Assembly: GCA_046484135.1 (NCBI GenBank)
Contig: JAWOBU010000008.1
Span: forward strand, 1-21,379
Length of the DNA stretch: 21,379 nt
Direction: 5' to 3'
From: a bacterium
GTDB lineage: Bacteria; RBG-13-61-14; DATKZS01
The translations under genes and the position numbers were made by a program. Shown piece by piece: positions 8,238 to 17,880 of the stretch (within the stretch, counting starts at the first letter, position 1; every line of letters begins with the position of its first letter). A model generated the notes under the pieces. That model was not told the origin of the DNA. It made no database searches and was given only the letters and a program-made list of their open reading frames with translations.

Positions 8238-10801
8238 TCTCCCGAAAGGTAAATGACGGCCGCCCCGTCCGATTCCCGAAAGTACCAGTGACTTTCTTCC
8301 CCCGGCCTTCCCTGCCGACGATTTACTTTTTCTCCTTTGAACCAAACCTCTTTCGGCTTGGCGTTATAGGCAAGAACGGCCGAAGCCGCGCCGGACGCTT
8401 CTTCTATCTTTATCTTTTCTTTTGAGATTCTCATGGAAAGATTGGTCTTAACGTCCTGGGAGAGGCGCGGGTCCCGCGTTTTCCACTCTCCTTCTATCAC
8501 GGCCGGAGCTCCGGCATATACCAGGAAGCCGGGGATGAGGTCGTCTTTTTCCGATTGCGGAAACTCTCCGCCGGGCACGAGCTCTTTGTTCCACTGGACG
8601 GGGACTGCGCTGTTCATGCGCACGAACACGGGTATGGTGTCCTTGGGGGTCTCATACTTGATGCGCGCCGGGCCGGTCCTGGTCTCGCGGGTCCAGAAAT
8701 CCATCCATTGTCCTTCGGGAAGGTAGACCTCCTTTTTCCGCGTAAGCGAAAGCACGGGCGCGACCAGGAGGTCCTCGCCCAGCATGTACTGCTCGTCCAT
8801 CATCCAGCATTGTTTCTTCTCGGGGCACTCGAAAGCCATGGGCCTGATGACGGGAAGCCCCCTGTCATGGGCCTGCCAGAACAGATGGTACAGGTAAGGA
8901 ATAAGGTTATAGCGGAGTCGGGCGTAGAAGCGATAAATGTCCTTGCCCTCCTCGGTCTGGTTCCAGGGCGCGAGTGCGCTGCCGTGATCGTGGAATGACG
9001 CGCTGAAGCAGGAGAAAGCCACCGCCCGGTTATAGACCTCTTCCGCGTTTATGCCCCCGCCGGTGTAGCCGCCCAGGTCGGTCCCCCACAAGGAAAGACC
9101 GCTGGCAGCGGCGTGCAAACCCGACATGACAGTGGTCCGGAGCTGACGAAAAGTCCGGCCGCGGTCGCCCGCCCACACAATACCTGTACGCCGCGCTCCC
9201 AAGCCTGCCCCCCGGACCCAGGTGATGCCGCCTTCCGGCTTGACCGAGTTGATCTTCTTGTAAAGCCACTCCGAGAAAAATGAGGGGTAGTAAAGCCTCA
9301 TACCGGGGCGCCGGTCATGCATCTGAAGCGGGACCTGGTCGCCGGGAAAGAACTCGCCGAAATCAACCTTGACCCCGTCCAGGTTGAGATGCGAAAACGT
9401 GGCTTCATTGTCCGGGCCCGGCACGAAAAGTCTTTTGAACACGTTCTGCCAGGCGTACTCCAGGGCATCGGGGTTGGTTATATCCAGGTACACCTTGTTT
9501 CCGGTTACGCCGCCTGTGTAAAAACTGCCGTCCGGATTTCGGACCAGGTAGTCGGGATGGTCGAGAAAGCTGTAGTAATCAAGGTTCTTTTTGTCCTTCT
9601 CGAACTGTCCGCACCGGTGGTATCCTACCACCTTGATGCCGCGCTCATGCCAGTCTTCGATTATATCAGGCATGTTCGGCTTGTTCTTCTTATGCACCTG
9701 CATGTCAATGCCCGCCTGGTTCTCCATGGTCATGTTCTCGTACATGATGACGCCAAGGGGGAACCCCTCCGAGATCATGGTGTTAATGTCGCGCACAGCA
9801 CCCTTGTCGTAGCGCCAGCCGAGCCAAGTGCGGCGGGATATCCACGGCTCAAGCGTCCATTTCGGGACCATGTGAGACCTGCCTACTAATGCACTCTGTT
9901 CCTCGATGATGCGGGAGGGATCGTTTTGAAAGAACAGGTAATAATCGAGTTCGCTGCCCGGGTTCTCGAAAAAAAAGACGCCGGGCTCGCTTTTGCCGAA
10001 GTCGAACCTTGCTTTCTGATAGGTGTCCAGGAAAAGACCATAGCCCCGGCTGGACAGAAACACGGGAACCGGGATATAGGTGTTTCCGGATGTGGTCTGA
10101 TAGGCATCGTCAGTATCGTTTATAACAATGTGCCCATTGTGGTTCCACCAGCCGTACTGCTCGCCGCCGCCGATTATGACCTCGTCATCGGTAAGAGCAA
10201 AGCTCTGCCGGCACAGGTCGTTGCCGAGCGACAGGCCGGACTTGAGCGAATTTTCGCGAGGGCCGCCCAAGCCTCCGCCTCCCTGTTCCGAAAACCTGAT
10301 GCGAAAGGGGTCCTTGCTGATACGGACCGTGACTTTTCCCGAGGACACCAGGAAACCATCTTGTTCTTCTGAGACCTTTGCTTCATGTTGCGACGGCTTC
10401 ATATCAAGTATTGCTCCCAAGCCGGCCCGGACTCGCACCGCGTCCTGGAAAGGAAAGCTTATGGCCAGAAAGCCCTGACTGCCGTCCGCGGTCTTTACCC
10501 GGAAGACCACGTTGCCCCCCGTCTTTTCAAACCCCTCTACTTTCCGGACCGGGGACGGCTCGTGCTCCCGCGCATAGCTCTTGACCTCCGAAATCTTGTT
10601 CAACCACTTGTACTGGTCGTAAAGCTTCACCACGGTTATGTCGCCCACGTGCTGATAAAAATGCCGCCAGAGCGCTTTGGCCCTGGTCTCCGGAGGAAGG
10701 CCCGAGTACTGCTTTGCAACTAGAGGCACCGACGTAAAAATCACAAGACAAACCAGTAACGGCAAAACCGCACGCGACCTGAAAGCGACAAGCTTCTTCA
10801 T
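8234..10801 (-). CDS. Secreted glycoside hydrolase family 31 protein
   Basis: N-terminal signal peptide. YIPVPVFLSSRGYGLF, LDITNPDA, nucleophile region DGVKVDFGE, acid/base WAGD, WGTDLGGY, RYNLIPYLY, GLPVIRPM, QYMLGEDLLVAPV, YLPEGQW. SD AAGGAG upstream. Confidence 0.93.
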   Translation of the reverse strand: MKKLVAFRSRAVLPLLVCLVIFTSVPLVAKQYSGLPPETRAKALWRHFYQHVGDITVVKLYDQYKWLNKISEVKSYAREHEPSPVRKVEGFEKTGGNVVFRVKTADGSQGFLAISFPFQDAVRVRAGLGAILDMKPSQHEAKVSEEQDGFLVSSGKVTVRISKDPFRIRFSEQGGGGLGGPRENSLKSGLSLGNDLCRQSFALTDDEVIIGGGEQYGWWNHNGHIVINDTDDAYQTTSGNTYIPVPVFLSSRGYGLFLDTYQKARFDFGKSEPGVFFFENPGSELDYYLFFQNDPSRIIEEQSALVGRSHMVPKWTLEPWISRRTWLGWRYDKGAVRDINTMISEGFPLGVIMYENMTMENQAGIDMQVHKKNKPNMPDIIEDWHERGIKVVGYHRCGQFEKDKKNLDYYSFLDHPDYLVRNPDGSFYTGGVTGNKVYLDITNPDALEYAWQNVFKRLFVPGPDNEATFSHLNLDGVKVDFGEFFPGDQVPLQMHDRRPGMRLYYPSFFSEWLYKKINSVKPEGGITWVRGAGLGARRTGIVWAGDRGRTFRQLRTTVMSGLHAAASGLSLWGTDLGGYTGGGINAEEVYNRAVAFSCFSASFHDHGSALAPWNQTEEGKDIYRFYARLRYNLIPYLYHLFWQAHDRGLPVIRPMAFECPEKKQCWMMDEQYMLGEDLLVAPVLSLTRKKEVYLPEGQWMDFWTRETRTGPARIKYETPKDTIPVFVRMNSAVPVQWNKELVPGGEFPQSEKDDLIPGFLVYAGAPAVIEGEWKTRDPRLSQDVKTNLSMRISKEKIKIEEASGAASAVLAYNAKPKEVWFKGEKVNRRQGRPGEESHWYFRESDGAAVIYLSGD

Positions 10802-10838
10802 TCTGCACTCCTTGACGATATTTTTCTATTTCTATCTT

Positions 10839-11729
10839 TTACTTCAAGTATTGGCTGATGTCTTCCCTGAAGTGCTGAGCCCGGACACCAAAAGCCTGGA
10901 AGAAAGGCTCCGGGTCGCACACGTTGTTCATGAGAAGCATCTTTAACTGATCATGGGTGAGCGGAAAAGACTGGAACCTTTGCAAGAGCTTTATCATCGG
11001 CACCATAAGGCCGAGCGGAAGGTGGACCTTCCTGGCCCTGCTTTTGCCCAGCGCCTGCGCGATCTCGTCCAGAAGCCGGTTGTAGGTAAACTCGTGCGGA
11101 CCGCCGACCTCGTAGACCTTGCCGATCGTCTCCGGCATGGAAGCGGACTTTACAAACCCCTCGGCCACGTTCTGAACAGATACCGGCTGAAGCCGATACT
11201 CGCCGTCTCCCATGACCGGCACCACCGGCAGGAGCCGCACCTGCCGCGCCAGCATGTTTACAAACTCATCGCCAGGACCGTATATAACGGAGGGCTTGAA
11301 CACGGTCCAATCGAGCCCCGAGTCTTTGACGAGATGCTCGGCCTCATACTTGGTCCGGAAGTAGGGGGTATCGCCTGCGCCCGCGCCCAGCGCCGACATA
11401 TGCAAGAGCCTCTTCCGGCCCGCTGCCTGCATGGCCCGGAGCACGTTCCTGGTGGCATCCACGTGGAGCTTCTGAAAAGTTACGCCCTTTGCTGGGTTGT
11501 CCCGGATGATTCCCACCAGGTGCACCACGCAGTCCACGCCTTCCAGATGCTTTTCCAGGGATGGGTCGAGCACGTCCGCGCGGGCCGCTTCAGCCCCGGC
11601 AGGAAGCGCGCCCGGCCCGGCCGGGCTGTTCGGCCTGACAAGGACCCGCACCCGGTGGCCGGCATTTAAGAGCTCCTTTAATATCCAGCTTCCCACAAAG
11701 CCGGTACCGCCGGTAAGAAATATCTGCAC
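10839..11729 (-). CDS. NAD(P)-dependent epimerase/dehydratase, complex I NDUFA9-like atypical SDR
   Basis: TGGTGFVG Rossmann motif, VHLVGII, HMSALGA, YFRTK (YxxxK), PSVIYG, LQPVSV. GTG start with AAGGAG SD. Confidence 0.9.
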   Translation of the reverse strand: MQIFLTGGTGFVGSWILKELLNAGHRVRVLVRPNSPAGPGALPAGAEAARADVLDPSLEKHLEGVDCVVHLVGIIRDNPAKGVTFQKLHVDATRNVLRAMQAAGRKRLLHMSALGAGAGDTPYFRTKYEAEHLVKDSGLDWTVFKPSVIYGPGDEFVNMLARQVRLLPVVPVMGDGEYRLQPVSVQNVAEGFVKSASMPETIGKVYEVGGPHEFTYNRLLDEIAQALGKSRARKVHLPLGLMVPMIKLLQRFQSFPLTHDQLKMLLMNNVCDPEPFFQAFGVRAQHFREDISQYLK

Positions 11730-11750
11730 GGCTTCTCCTTCTACGGTAAA

Positions 11751-11779
11751 GATATAACATTAAAAAAAAGCCTGCGCAA
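11751..11779 (-). promoter_or_regulatory. Possible sigma70 promoter for the SDR-GH31 unit
   Basis: Minus strand: TTGCGC, 17 bp, TATATC, preceded by TGT (extended -10-like). The -10 is imperfect. Confidence 0.35.
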
Positions 11780-11830
11780 AAACCATGCACGGAACACGTT
11801 AATCTGTTAACATGCTTGTGGGACGCGATT

Positions 11831-12631
11831 ATGGGTAAGATATTAGCCGCCAGGACCGATAATAGAGCGGGTTTTGTGGCCGAGGCTTTTAAAAGGCTTT
11901 GGCACTCGGTACCGGAAGGACCGGTGCTTATAAAACCCAACATTGTCTCGCACGAGCCCTACCCCACCACCACTCATCCCGATACCCTTGACGCGGTCCT
12001 GTCGAACCTCTCCGGAAGAGAGCTCCTGGTCGCGGACGCGTCCGCGGCAGACCTCATGCGGCCCGGAAAGGCACTCCGTCAACATGAGCTGGCTGCCGTA
12101 TGCAACAGACACGGGCTCGAGCTTATAGACCTTTATGACCGGCCCATGTCCGAGCAGGAAGCAAAAAGCGGAGTCAAGCTCGACTTAAGCGACGAGCCCT
12201 CCCGGATGTCTTCCATGATCTCGTTGCCCGTATTCAAAACGCACATCCAGTGCATGATCACCGGCGCCCTCAAGAACCACTTCGGCCTGTTGGGCCGGGC
12301 GCAACGGGGCAAGCTCCACTTCGGCCGCACCGACATCCACAAGGCCATCGCGTCCCTGCACCAGCTCGTCCGGGCGGACCTTTATATCGTGGACGCCGTA
12401 AAAACTCTGACCAATGCCAACGAGGTCCGTCACGGCGGCAGAGAGACCGAGCTCGGTTACATGTTCGCAGGTCGGGACCCGGTTGCCCTGGACAGCTTCG
12501 GTCTCGGCCTGCTCGCAGAGATTGATCCCAAGCTCAAAGGCAAAAAGCCCGCGGACATCCCTCACATCCATTACGCAGCGGAATGGGGAGTCGGGTCCAT
12601 CGAGCATGAGGTGGAATGGATCGAGCTGTGA
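11831..12631 (+). CDS. DUF362 domain-containing protein
   Basis: VLIKPNIV, PTTTHP, ISLPVFKTH, TGALKNHFG, LYIVDA, DPVALD are characteristic of DUF362. Start placed at ATG 11831 (track starts at 11816) because a TGn-TAACAT extended -10 lies at 11805-11813. Start uncertain. Confidence 0.85.
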   Translation: MGKILAARTDNRAGFVAEAFKRLWHSVPEGPVLIKPNIVSHEPYPTTTHPDTLDAVLSNLSGRELLVADASAADLMRPGKALRQHELAAVCNRHGLELIDLYDRPMSEQEAKSGVKLDLSDEPSRMSSMISLPVFKTHIQCMITGALKNHFGLLGRAQRGKLHFGRTDIHKAIASLHQLVRADLYIVDAVKTLTNANEVRHGGRETELGYMFAGRDPVALDSFGLGLLAEIDPKLKGKKPADIPHIHYAAEWGVGSIEHEVEWIEL

Positions 12632-12664
12632 GCGTCCCGGGAACCGCTTTATGTCCGGCCGCGC

Positions 12665-13525
12665 TCAGATGTACTTTTTCAGCACCAGGTCGAGGTCTTG
12701 TTTCACCTTTTCCGGAATCTGTTCCGGCTCGGTGATGACGGCGTACTTCAAGGCTTCTTTGCAGGGGCAGTAGCGCTCCGCCGGCAGCTTGGGGATAGCG
12801 TCCTTGATTATGGAGCGGAAGGTCTCGGCGTTCTTTTGCATCACCCGGATCACCATGTCAATGGTTACGTCTTCTTCCGACTCGTGCCAGCAGTCAAAGT
12901 CGGTAACCAAGGCCAGCGACCCGTAACAGATTTCCGCCTCCCGCGCCAGGCGGGCCTCGGTAAGATTGGTCATGCCGATCACGTCCGCGTTCCAGGAGCG
13001 GTAAAGACGGCTCTCCGCCCGGGTCGAAAACTGGGGGCCTTCCATGCAGATATAAGTGCCGCCGTTGTGAACTGCCGCACCCACGTTCTTGCCTGACTCG
13101 TAGAGCTGATTAGAGAGGTCCGTACAGACCGGATCGGCGAACATGGCGTGGATTACAAGGCCGGGACCGCTGAAGCTGTCCACCCGATGGCGGGTCCGGT
13201 CAATATACTGGTCCACCACTACAATATGGCCGGGCGGCAAGTCCTCTTTCAAGCTGCCGCACGCGCCCGAAGCAATGATCCTCTCGACCCCCAGCTTTTT
13301 CATGCCCCATATATTGGCCCGGTAATTAAGATGGGTGGGAGGAATGTGATGGCCTTTGCCGTGGCGGGAAAGAAAAGCCACCCGAACGCCGGAGATGGTC
13401 CCCACCAGGAACTCGTCCGAAGGCTCCCCAAAAGGAGTGTCCACTTTTACACTGTCTTCAATCTCGAGCTCGTCAATCTTGGCAAGTCCGCTGCCGCCTA
13501 TCACTCCTATCTTTACTGACTCCAT
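12665..13525 (-). CDS. mtnP: S-methyl-5'-thioadenosine phosphorylase
   Basis: GVIGGSG, TPFGEPS, FLSRHG, NYRANIW, EGPQFSTRAES, IGMT, EARLAREAEICY, and VTDFD (DxD of 6-aminopurine-specific MTAP). SD AAGGAGG. Confidence 0.95.
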   Translation of the reverse strand: MESVKIGVIGGSGLAKIDELEIEDSVKVDTPFGEPSDEFLVGTISGVRVAFLSRHGKGHHIPPTHLNYRANIWGMKKLGVERIIASGACGSLKEDLPPGHIVVVDQYIDRTRHRVDSFSGPGLVIHAMFADPVCTDLSNQLYESGKNVGAAVHNGGTYICMEGPQFSTRAESRLYRSWNADVIGMTNLTEARLAREAEICYGSLALVTDFDCWHESEEDVTIDMVIRVMQKNAETFRSIIKDAIPKLPAERYCPCKEALKYAVITEPEQIPEKVKQDLDLVLKKYI

Positions 13526-13574
13526 ATAAGTCCTCCTTACACTCGAATTTCAACACAACAATAAACAGAACCGC

Positions 13575-14510
13575 TCAAGGCGTAACAACGGTAACAGTAG
13601 GGCCTACCGAGTAGTGGAGGGGCTCTTCCGAGTCGTACATCTCGCCGTCAATCATCCACCGAATACGCTCGCGGGGCTCTACTATTGCCTCCCGGACCGG
13701 CGAGTTGAAGTGCAGGTTATGGTGTGCGATGTCCCTTCCCAGCCATATTTGCGGAAGCCGGACCACTACCTGGTGGGGCCGGATGGTGCCGACCAGAAGA
13801 TGGAAACAATCCTGTCGGTCATAAGCCCGGGGAGTGGGGGTAAATCCCAGCCCCAGCTCCCGGATGGTGCAGGCCAGGACAATCGTGTACTCCTCGGGAT
13901 CGAGCTTCTTGCCCTCGGCAAAAACCCGAAGGGGTGCGCTGCGGAAAAGATGCTTAATGAACTTTGACCGGACGGGCAGTCCTGCTATGGCCCGGCTGAT
14001 GAGCTTGGCCGCCTGCCAGGGACCGGTGCCGGTGCCCGAGTAATAAACGTCCAGGAAGTTGGCTATAATGCCGGCGCCGCTCATGAACCCGTACTTGTCG
14101 TTTATCTTGAGAAGATGCTGCTCCCTCTCAGTAAACGGCTCTCCCGCTTCCAGGCGCTTGACGGCCCTCTTGGTTATGGACAGGGTCCTGCCTTTTATCT
14201 TGAGGGAATTGGACATGGTGTTCATGGTGCCCCCTCGAAGGGACATGATCTTGGGCAAAGGATCGGAACCGTAAACCGGGATGAAAGCCGAAAGCGCCAT
14301 GTGAAGAGTGCCGTCCCCCCCGTTCACCGCCATGATGTCAACGCCCTGTTCCTTGAACTCGCGGGCAACCTCCGGAAGCTCGTCCACGTTCCGCGTCTCC
14401 CGGACAAAGCCAACCTTCTCCACCGCCTGACGGATTTTGTCCCCGATCCGGGGACGCTTCAGGTTTCCCTTGGCAAAGGGATTGTGGATTATGCCGAGAG
14501 TAGCCATCAT
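13575..14510 (-). CDS. Diacylglycerol/sphingosine kinase family lipid kinase
   Basis: IIHNP, NGGDGT, RGGTMN and IDGE motifs of the DAGK catalytic family. Start at ATG 14510 or 14507, directly after GGAGGA, rather than 14531. Confidence 0.88.
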   Translation of the reverse strand: MMATLGIIHNPFAKGNLKRPRIGDKIRQAVEKVGFVRETRNVDELPEVAREFKEQGVDIMAVNGGDGTLHMALSAFIPVYGSDPLPKIMSLRGGTMNTMSNSLKIKGRTLSITKRAVKRLEAGEPFTEREQHLLKINDKYGFMSGAGIIANFLDVYYSGTGTGPWQAAKLISRAIAGLPVRSKFIKHLFRSAPLRVFAEGKKLDPEEYTIVLACTIRELGLGFTPTPRAYDRQDCFHLLVGTIRPHQVVVRLPQIWLGRDIAHHNLHFNSPVREAIVEPRERIRWMIDGEMYDSEEPLHYSVGPTVTVVTP

Positions 14511-14526
14511 TCCTCCAGCGCAGGTT

Positions 14527-14535
14527 ATCATATCA
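14527..14535 (-). promoter_or_regulatory. Putative extended -10 element for the lipid kinase-mtnP unit
   Basis: Minus strand TG-A-TATGAT shortly upstream of the GGAGGA SD. The -35 is weak. Confidence 0.4.
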
Positions 14536-14677
14536 CGGATTCATAGGCCCCGCTAATAAAAACAGAACAAAGACGCACATGAAAAAGCCCGGGACGGACT
14601 TTTAATATAAAGCAATAACTGATATAAATTATCCGTTGTAAAAACGCAAGTGCATTTCTTGTAAAAGGAGAACGAAA

Positions 14678-17080
14678 ATGAAAAGATTCGCAGCCATACT
14701 TCTCGTCTCGGTCGTCTGCTCCTGCGTTATGACCGGCAACCGGCACGAGACACTCGACGGAGCCCTTACCGGCCACCAGCTTAAAAAGCCCGTAACCATA
14801 ATCTACGACAAGCACGGCGTAGCCCACATCGAAGCTGAAAACGATTCCGACCTCTTTTACGCCCTGGGATACGCCATGGCCCAGGACAGGTTCTTTCTCA
14901 TGGACCTGCTCCGACACATGGGAAAAGGAGAGATGTCCGCCCTGTTCGGAAGACTGCCACATTATAAGTCCTACGACCTTTTGAACGGCGACCGGGTGCT
15001 TAAGTCCTTCCAGTTTGAAAAACGGGCCAGGACCGGCGTTAAAAACATGGACCCCCAAAACCGGCTGCTGCTTGAATCGTACACCACCGGCGTCAACAAG
15101 TACCTCGAAGATGCCGACAGTAAAATTCCAGAGTACCGGGCGCTTTCTATCGAGCCGGAGCCATGGAGCCCGGCGGACAGCTTCATCTGCATGGACGTGT
15201 TCGGGCTCTCCATGACTGCGTACAGCTTCTTTTACGAGTATTACGCGGCGCGGCTCGAACGCGAGCACGGCAGGGAAGCGGCCCGGCTTTTCATCCCCGA
15301 GTACCCGGCGGACGCGCCTTATATAAACCAGGAGGAGCTGTCCGGAGCGGCAGCAACAGGGATGAAAGACTTCCTTGCAGCTTTTCGGCCCCTCATGCCC
15401 TACATGAACGCCATCGGGTCCAATAACTGGGTGGTGGACGGGACCATGAGCGCATCCGGCAAACCGGTGCTGGCCAACGACCCGCACGTGCCCCACTGCT
15501 TCGTGCCCACCTTCTGGTACCACGCCCACCTGAAAAGCGACAACTTCGACTCCATGGGGCTTATTTTCCCCGGCATCCCGCTCATGGGCGCAGGCACCAA
15601 CGGGCACGTCTCATGGGGCATCACCAACGCCCGGTGCGATTACATAGACATCTTCGTGGAAAAGCTGAACCCGCAAAACCGGGACCAGTACAAGTACAAA
15701 GGCGAGTGGCGCGATTTCAAAGAGATCACGGAGACCATCCCCATCAAGGGGTATCCCGACCACACCTATACCTATCGCCGTTCCGTGCACGGAGCCCTGA
15801 TAGAAGACGACATGACCGGGTATCAGGTTCCGGTGCTCGACAATAAAGTCCTTGCCATTCATCTTATTGAAGTGGACTTTCCCAGGTTCTTCTCCGGCTA
15901 CCTCGCCATCCCGAAAAGCGAAGACGCGGTTCAAATGAAAGAAGCGGTAAAGGACATGGCCATGGGTCCGGTGGCCTGGAACACCGTGTATGCGACCACC
16001 CAAGGAGACATAGGCTATCTCTACTCCGGACACGCTCCAAAGCGGCCGGACAACCAGGGAGTGCTTCCGCGTCCCGGCACCGGCGAAGCGGAGTGGGGCG
16101 GCTGGATACCTTTTGACGAACTGCCCCATACCGAGAACCCGGCAAAACATTTCATCGTAACCGCCAACAACAAGGTGGAAGGACCGGACTACCCCTACTA
16201 CCTCTCCAGCGGATACAACATACCATCGCGCGCCGCCAGGCTCACCGAGCTTCTGGCCGGAAAGTCCGGCTTAACTCCAGAGGACATGGCACGCTTCCAG
16301 ATGGACGTCAAGGTCATGTCCGCACCGGACTTCGTCCCCCTCATGATCAAAGACCTGGAAAACGCCGGCGGGCCGCAAATCGAATCATGCTTGAAAGCGC
16401 TCCGGCAATGGCAGGCGAACGGTTACCGGGCATCGCTCGACTCGATCGGCACGGGCGTTTACAAGCTCATCATGAAGAACATGGCGACGCTCACCTTTGA
16501 GGACGACCTGGGAGAAACACTTGCCGGCAACATGTCCATCGCCTCCATGCTCAAGCCCGCGCTCTGGAAAATCCTGGATAAGCCCGATAGCGAGTGGTTC
16601 GATATCAAGGGCACGGACCAAAAAGAAACCCGCAAGGACATCACCATAAAAGCCGCGATCAAGTCGGCGGAGTATCTTGAAAAGCAGTTCGGCGAAGAAC
16701 CTGCCGGCTGGCAATGGGGAGAGATGCAGACCCTGTACCTTCGAAACTTCCTGGGCTACCTGCCCTGGAACAAAGAGGCGAGGCTCGGCACCTATCCGCT
16801 GGCAGGCACCGGAGAGACGGTAAACAACACCACCGGCTTCTTTATCGGCGCTGATTACGGGTTCATGGTACTGGCCGGGCCCTCGAGCAGACTCTGCGTG
16901 GACATGGCAGACCCACGGCATCTGCATTTTAACGCCACCACCGGAAACTCGGAGAACCCGGACTCGCCGCTTTACGACAACACCACCCAAGAATGGCTCT
17001 CGGGCGAGTACGTGACCGTGAGCCTGGACCGTGAGGAGTACAACCGCGACAGAATAGCCCGGCTGGTGTTAAGGCCGTGA
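14678..17080 (+). CDS. Penicillin acylase family Ntn-hydrolase (peptidase S45), exported, possibly a lipoprotein
   Basis: IYDKHGVAHI, GYAMAQDRFFLMD, autoproteolysis site G|SNNW (Ser248, codon 15419-15421), ANDPH, WGITN, TANN. Signal peptide ends in VVCSC. SD AAGGAG. Confidence 0.95.
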   Translation: MKRFAAILLVSVVCSCVMTGNRHETLDGALTGHQLKKPVTIIYDKHGVAHIEAENDSDLFYALGYAMAQDRFFLMDLLRHMGKGEMSALFGRLPHYKSYDLLNGDRVLKSFQFEKRARTGVKNMDPQNRLLLESYTTGVNKYLEDADSKIPEYRALSIEPEPWSPADSFICMDVFGLSMTAYSFFYEYYAARLEREHGREAARLFIPEYPADAPYINQEELSGAAATGMKDFLAAFRPLMPYMNAIGSNNWVVDGTMSASGKPVLANDPHVPHCFVPTFWYHAHLKSDNFDSMGLIFPGIPLMGAGTNGHVSWGITNARCDYIDIFVEKLNPQNRDQYKYKGEWRDFKEITETIPIKGYPDHTYTYRRSVHGALIEDDMTGYQVPVLDNKVLAIHLIEVDFPRFFSGYLAIPKSEDAVQMKEAVKDMAMGPVAWNTVYATTQGDIGYLYSGHAPKRPDNQGVLPRPGTGEAEWGGWIPFDELPHTENPAKHFIVTANNKVEGPDYPYYLSSGYNIPSRAARLTELLAGKSGLTPEDMARFQMDVKVMSAPDFVPLMIKDLENAGGPQIESCLKALRQWQANGYRASLDSIGTGVYKLIMKNMATLTFEDDLGETLAGNMSIASMLKPALWKILDKPDSEWFDIKGTDQKETRKDITIKAAIKSAEYLEKQFGEEPAGWQWGEMQTLYLRNFLGYLPWNKEARLGTYPLAGTGETVNNTTGFFIGADYGFMVLAGPSSRLCVDMADPRHLHFNATTGNSENPDSPLYDNTTQEWLSGEYVTVSLDREEYNRDRIARLVLRP

Positions 17081-17091
17081 AGGCATGAGCT

Positions 17092-17880
17092 CTATTTGTC
17101 CTTCGGAGTAACCGTTAAGTCCAGAAGCCAGGAACTGCCCTTTCCGGGAACTGCGCCGGCCATGGCGAGCTCGAGAAAGGCGCGTGCAAGGCGGATTGAT
17201 TCGACCAGTTCAAAGCCTTGCGCCAGGCGGGAAGCTATGGCGGAGGCAAGCGCGCAGCCGGTGCCGTGAAACTCACGATCAATGAGCCGGTTGGGAAAAC
17301 GGATGAACTCTCCTTCATGAAAAAGAAGATCAAACGAGTCGCCCTTCAGGTGCCCGCCGGTTATGAGAGAGGCTGATGCTCCGTGGGAAACCAGCCTCAG
17401 GCAGGCATCCTTCATTTTTTCTTGATCTTTTATCTCTACACCGCTCAAGGCCCGGGCCTCGGCCAGGTTCGGCGTTATCACGTCGGCCAAGGGAAGGAGT
17501 GAATCGCGAAGAACCGGCAGCGCCTCTTCCGCCAAAAGCGCAGCCCCGGAAGTAGCGATGAGCACCGGGTCCAGGACCACGAACGGTCGCGGGTGAAGAG
17601 CTTGGATGAAGTCCACGACAGCCTGCACGTGCTCGGCCCCTGCAAGCGCGCCGATTTTAACACCGTCGAGCTTCCGGTCGTCCCTCACAACCTCCAGCAC
17701 GCGCCGGAAATCATCGGGATGCACAGCCTTAACACCGTGGACCTTTTCGGAGTCCTGAAAAGTTAAAGCACTAATCGCGGTAAGAGCGTTCACGTGGTGG
17801 GCGGTGAGTACCTTTACGTCCGCTTCCACGCCCGCTCCCCCGCACGGATCGGACGCGGCTATAACCAGCACCTTCTTCAT
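17092..17880 (-). CDS. thiD: Hydroxymethylpyrimidine/phosphomethylpyrimidine kinase
   Basis: IAASDPCGGAGVEAD, VKIG, VLDPVL, ITPNLAEA, TGGH, HGTGC. Start placed at ATG 17880 (MKKVLVIA) because homology begins there. Confidence 0.9.
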   Translation of the reverse strand: MKKVLVIAASDPCGGAGVEADVKVLTAHHVNALTAISALTFQDSEKVHGVKAVHPDDFRRVLEVVRDDRKLDGVKIGALAGAEHVQAVVDFIQALHPRPFVVLDPVLIATSGAALLAEEALPVLRDSLLPLADVITPNLAEARALSGVEIKDQEKMKDACLRLVSHGASASLITGGHLKGDSFDLLFHEGEFIRFPNRLIDREFHGTGCALASAIASRLAQGFELVESIRLARAFLELAMAGAVPGKGSSWLLDLTVTPKDK

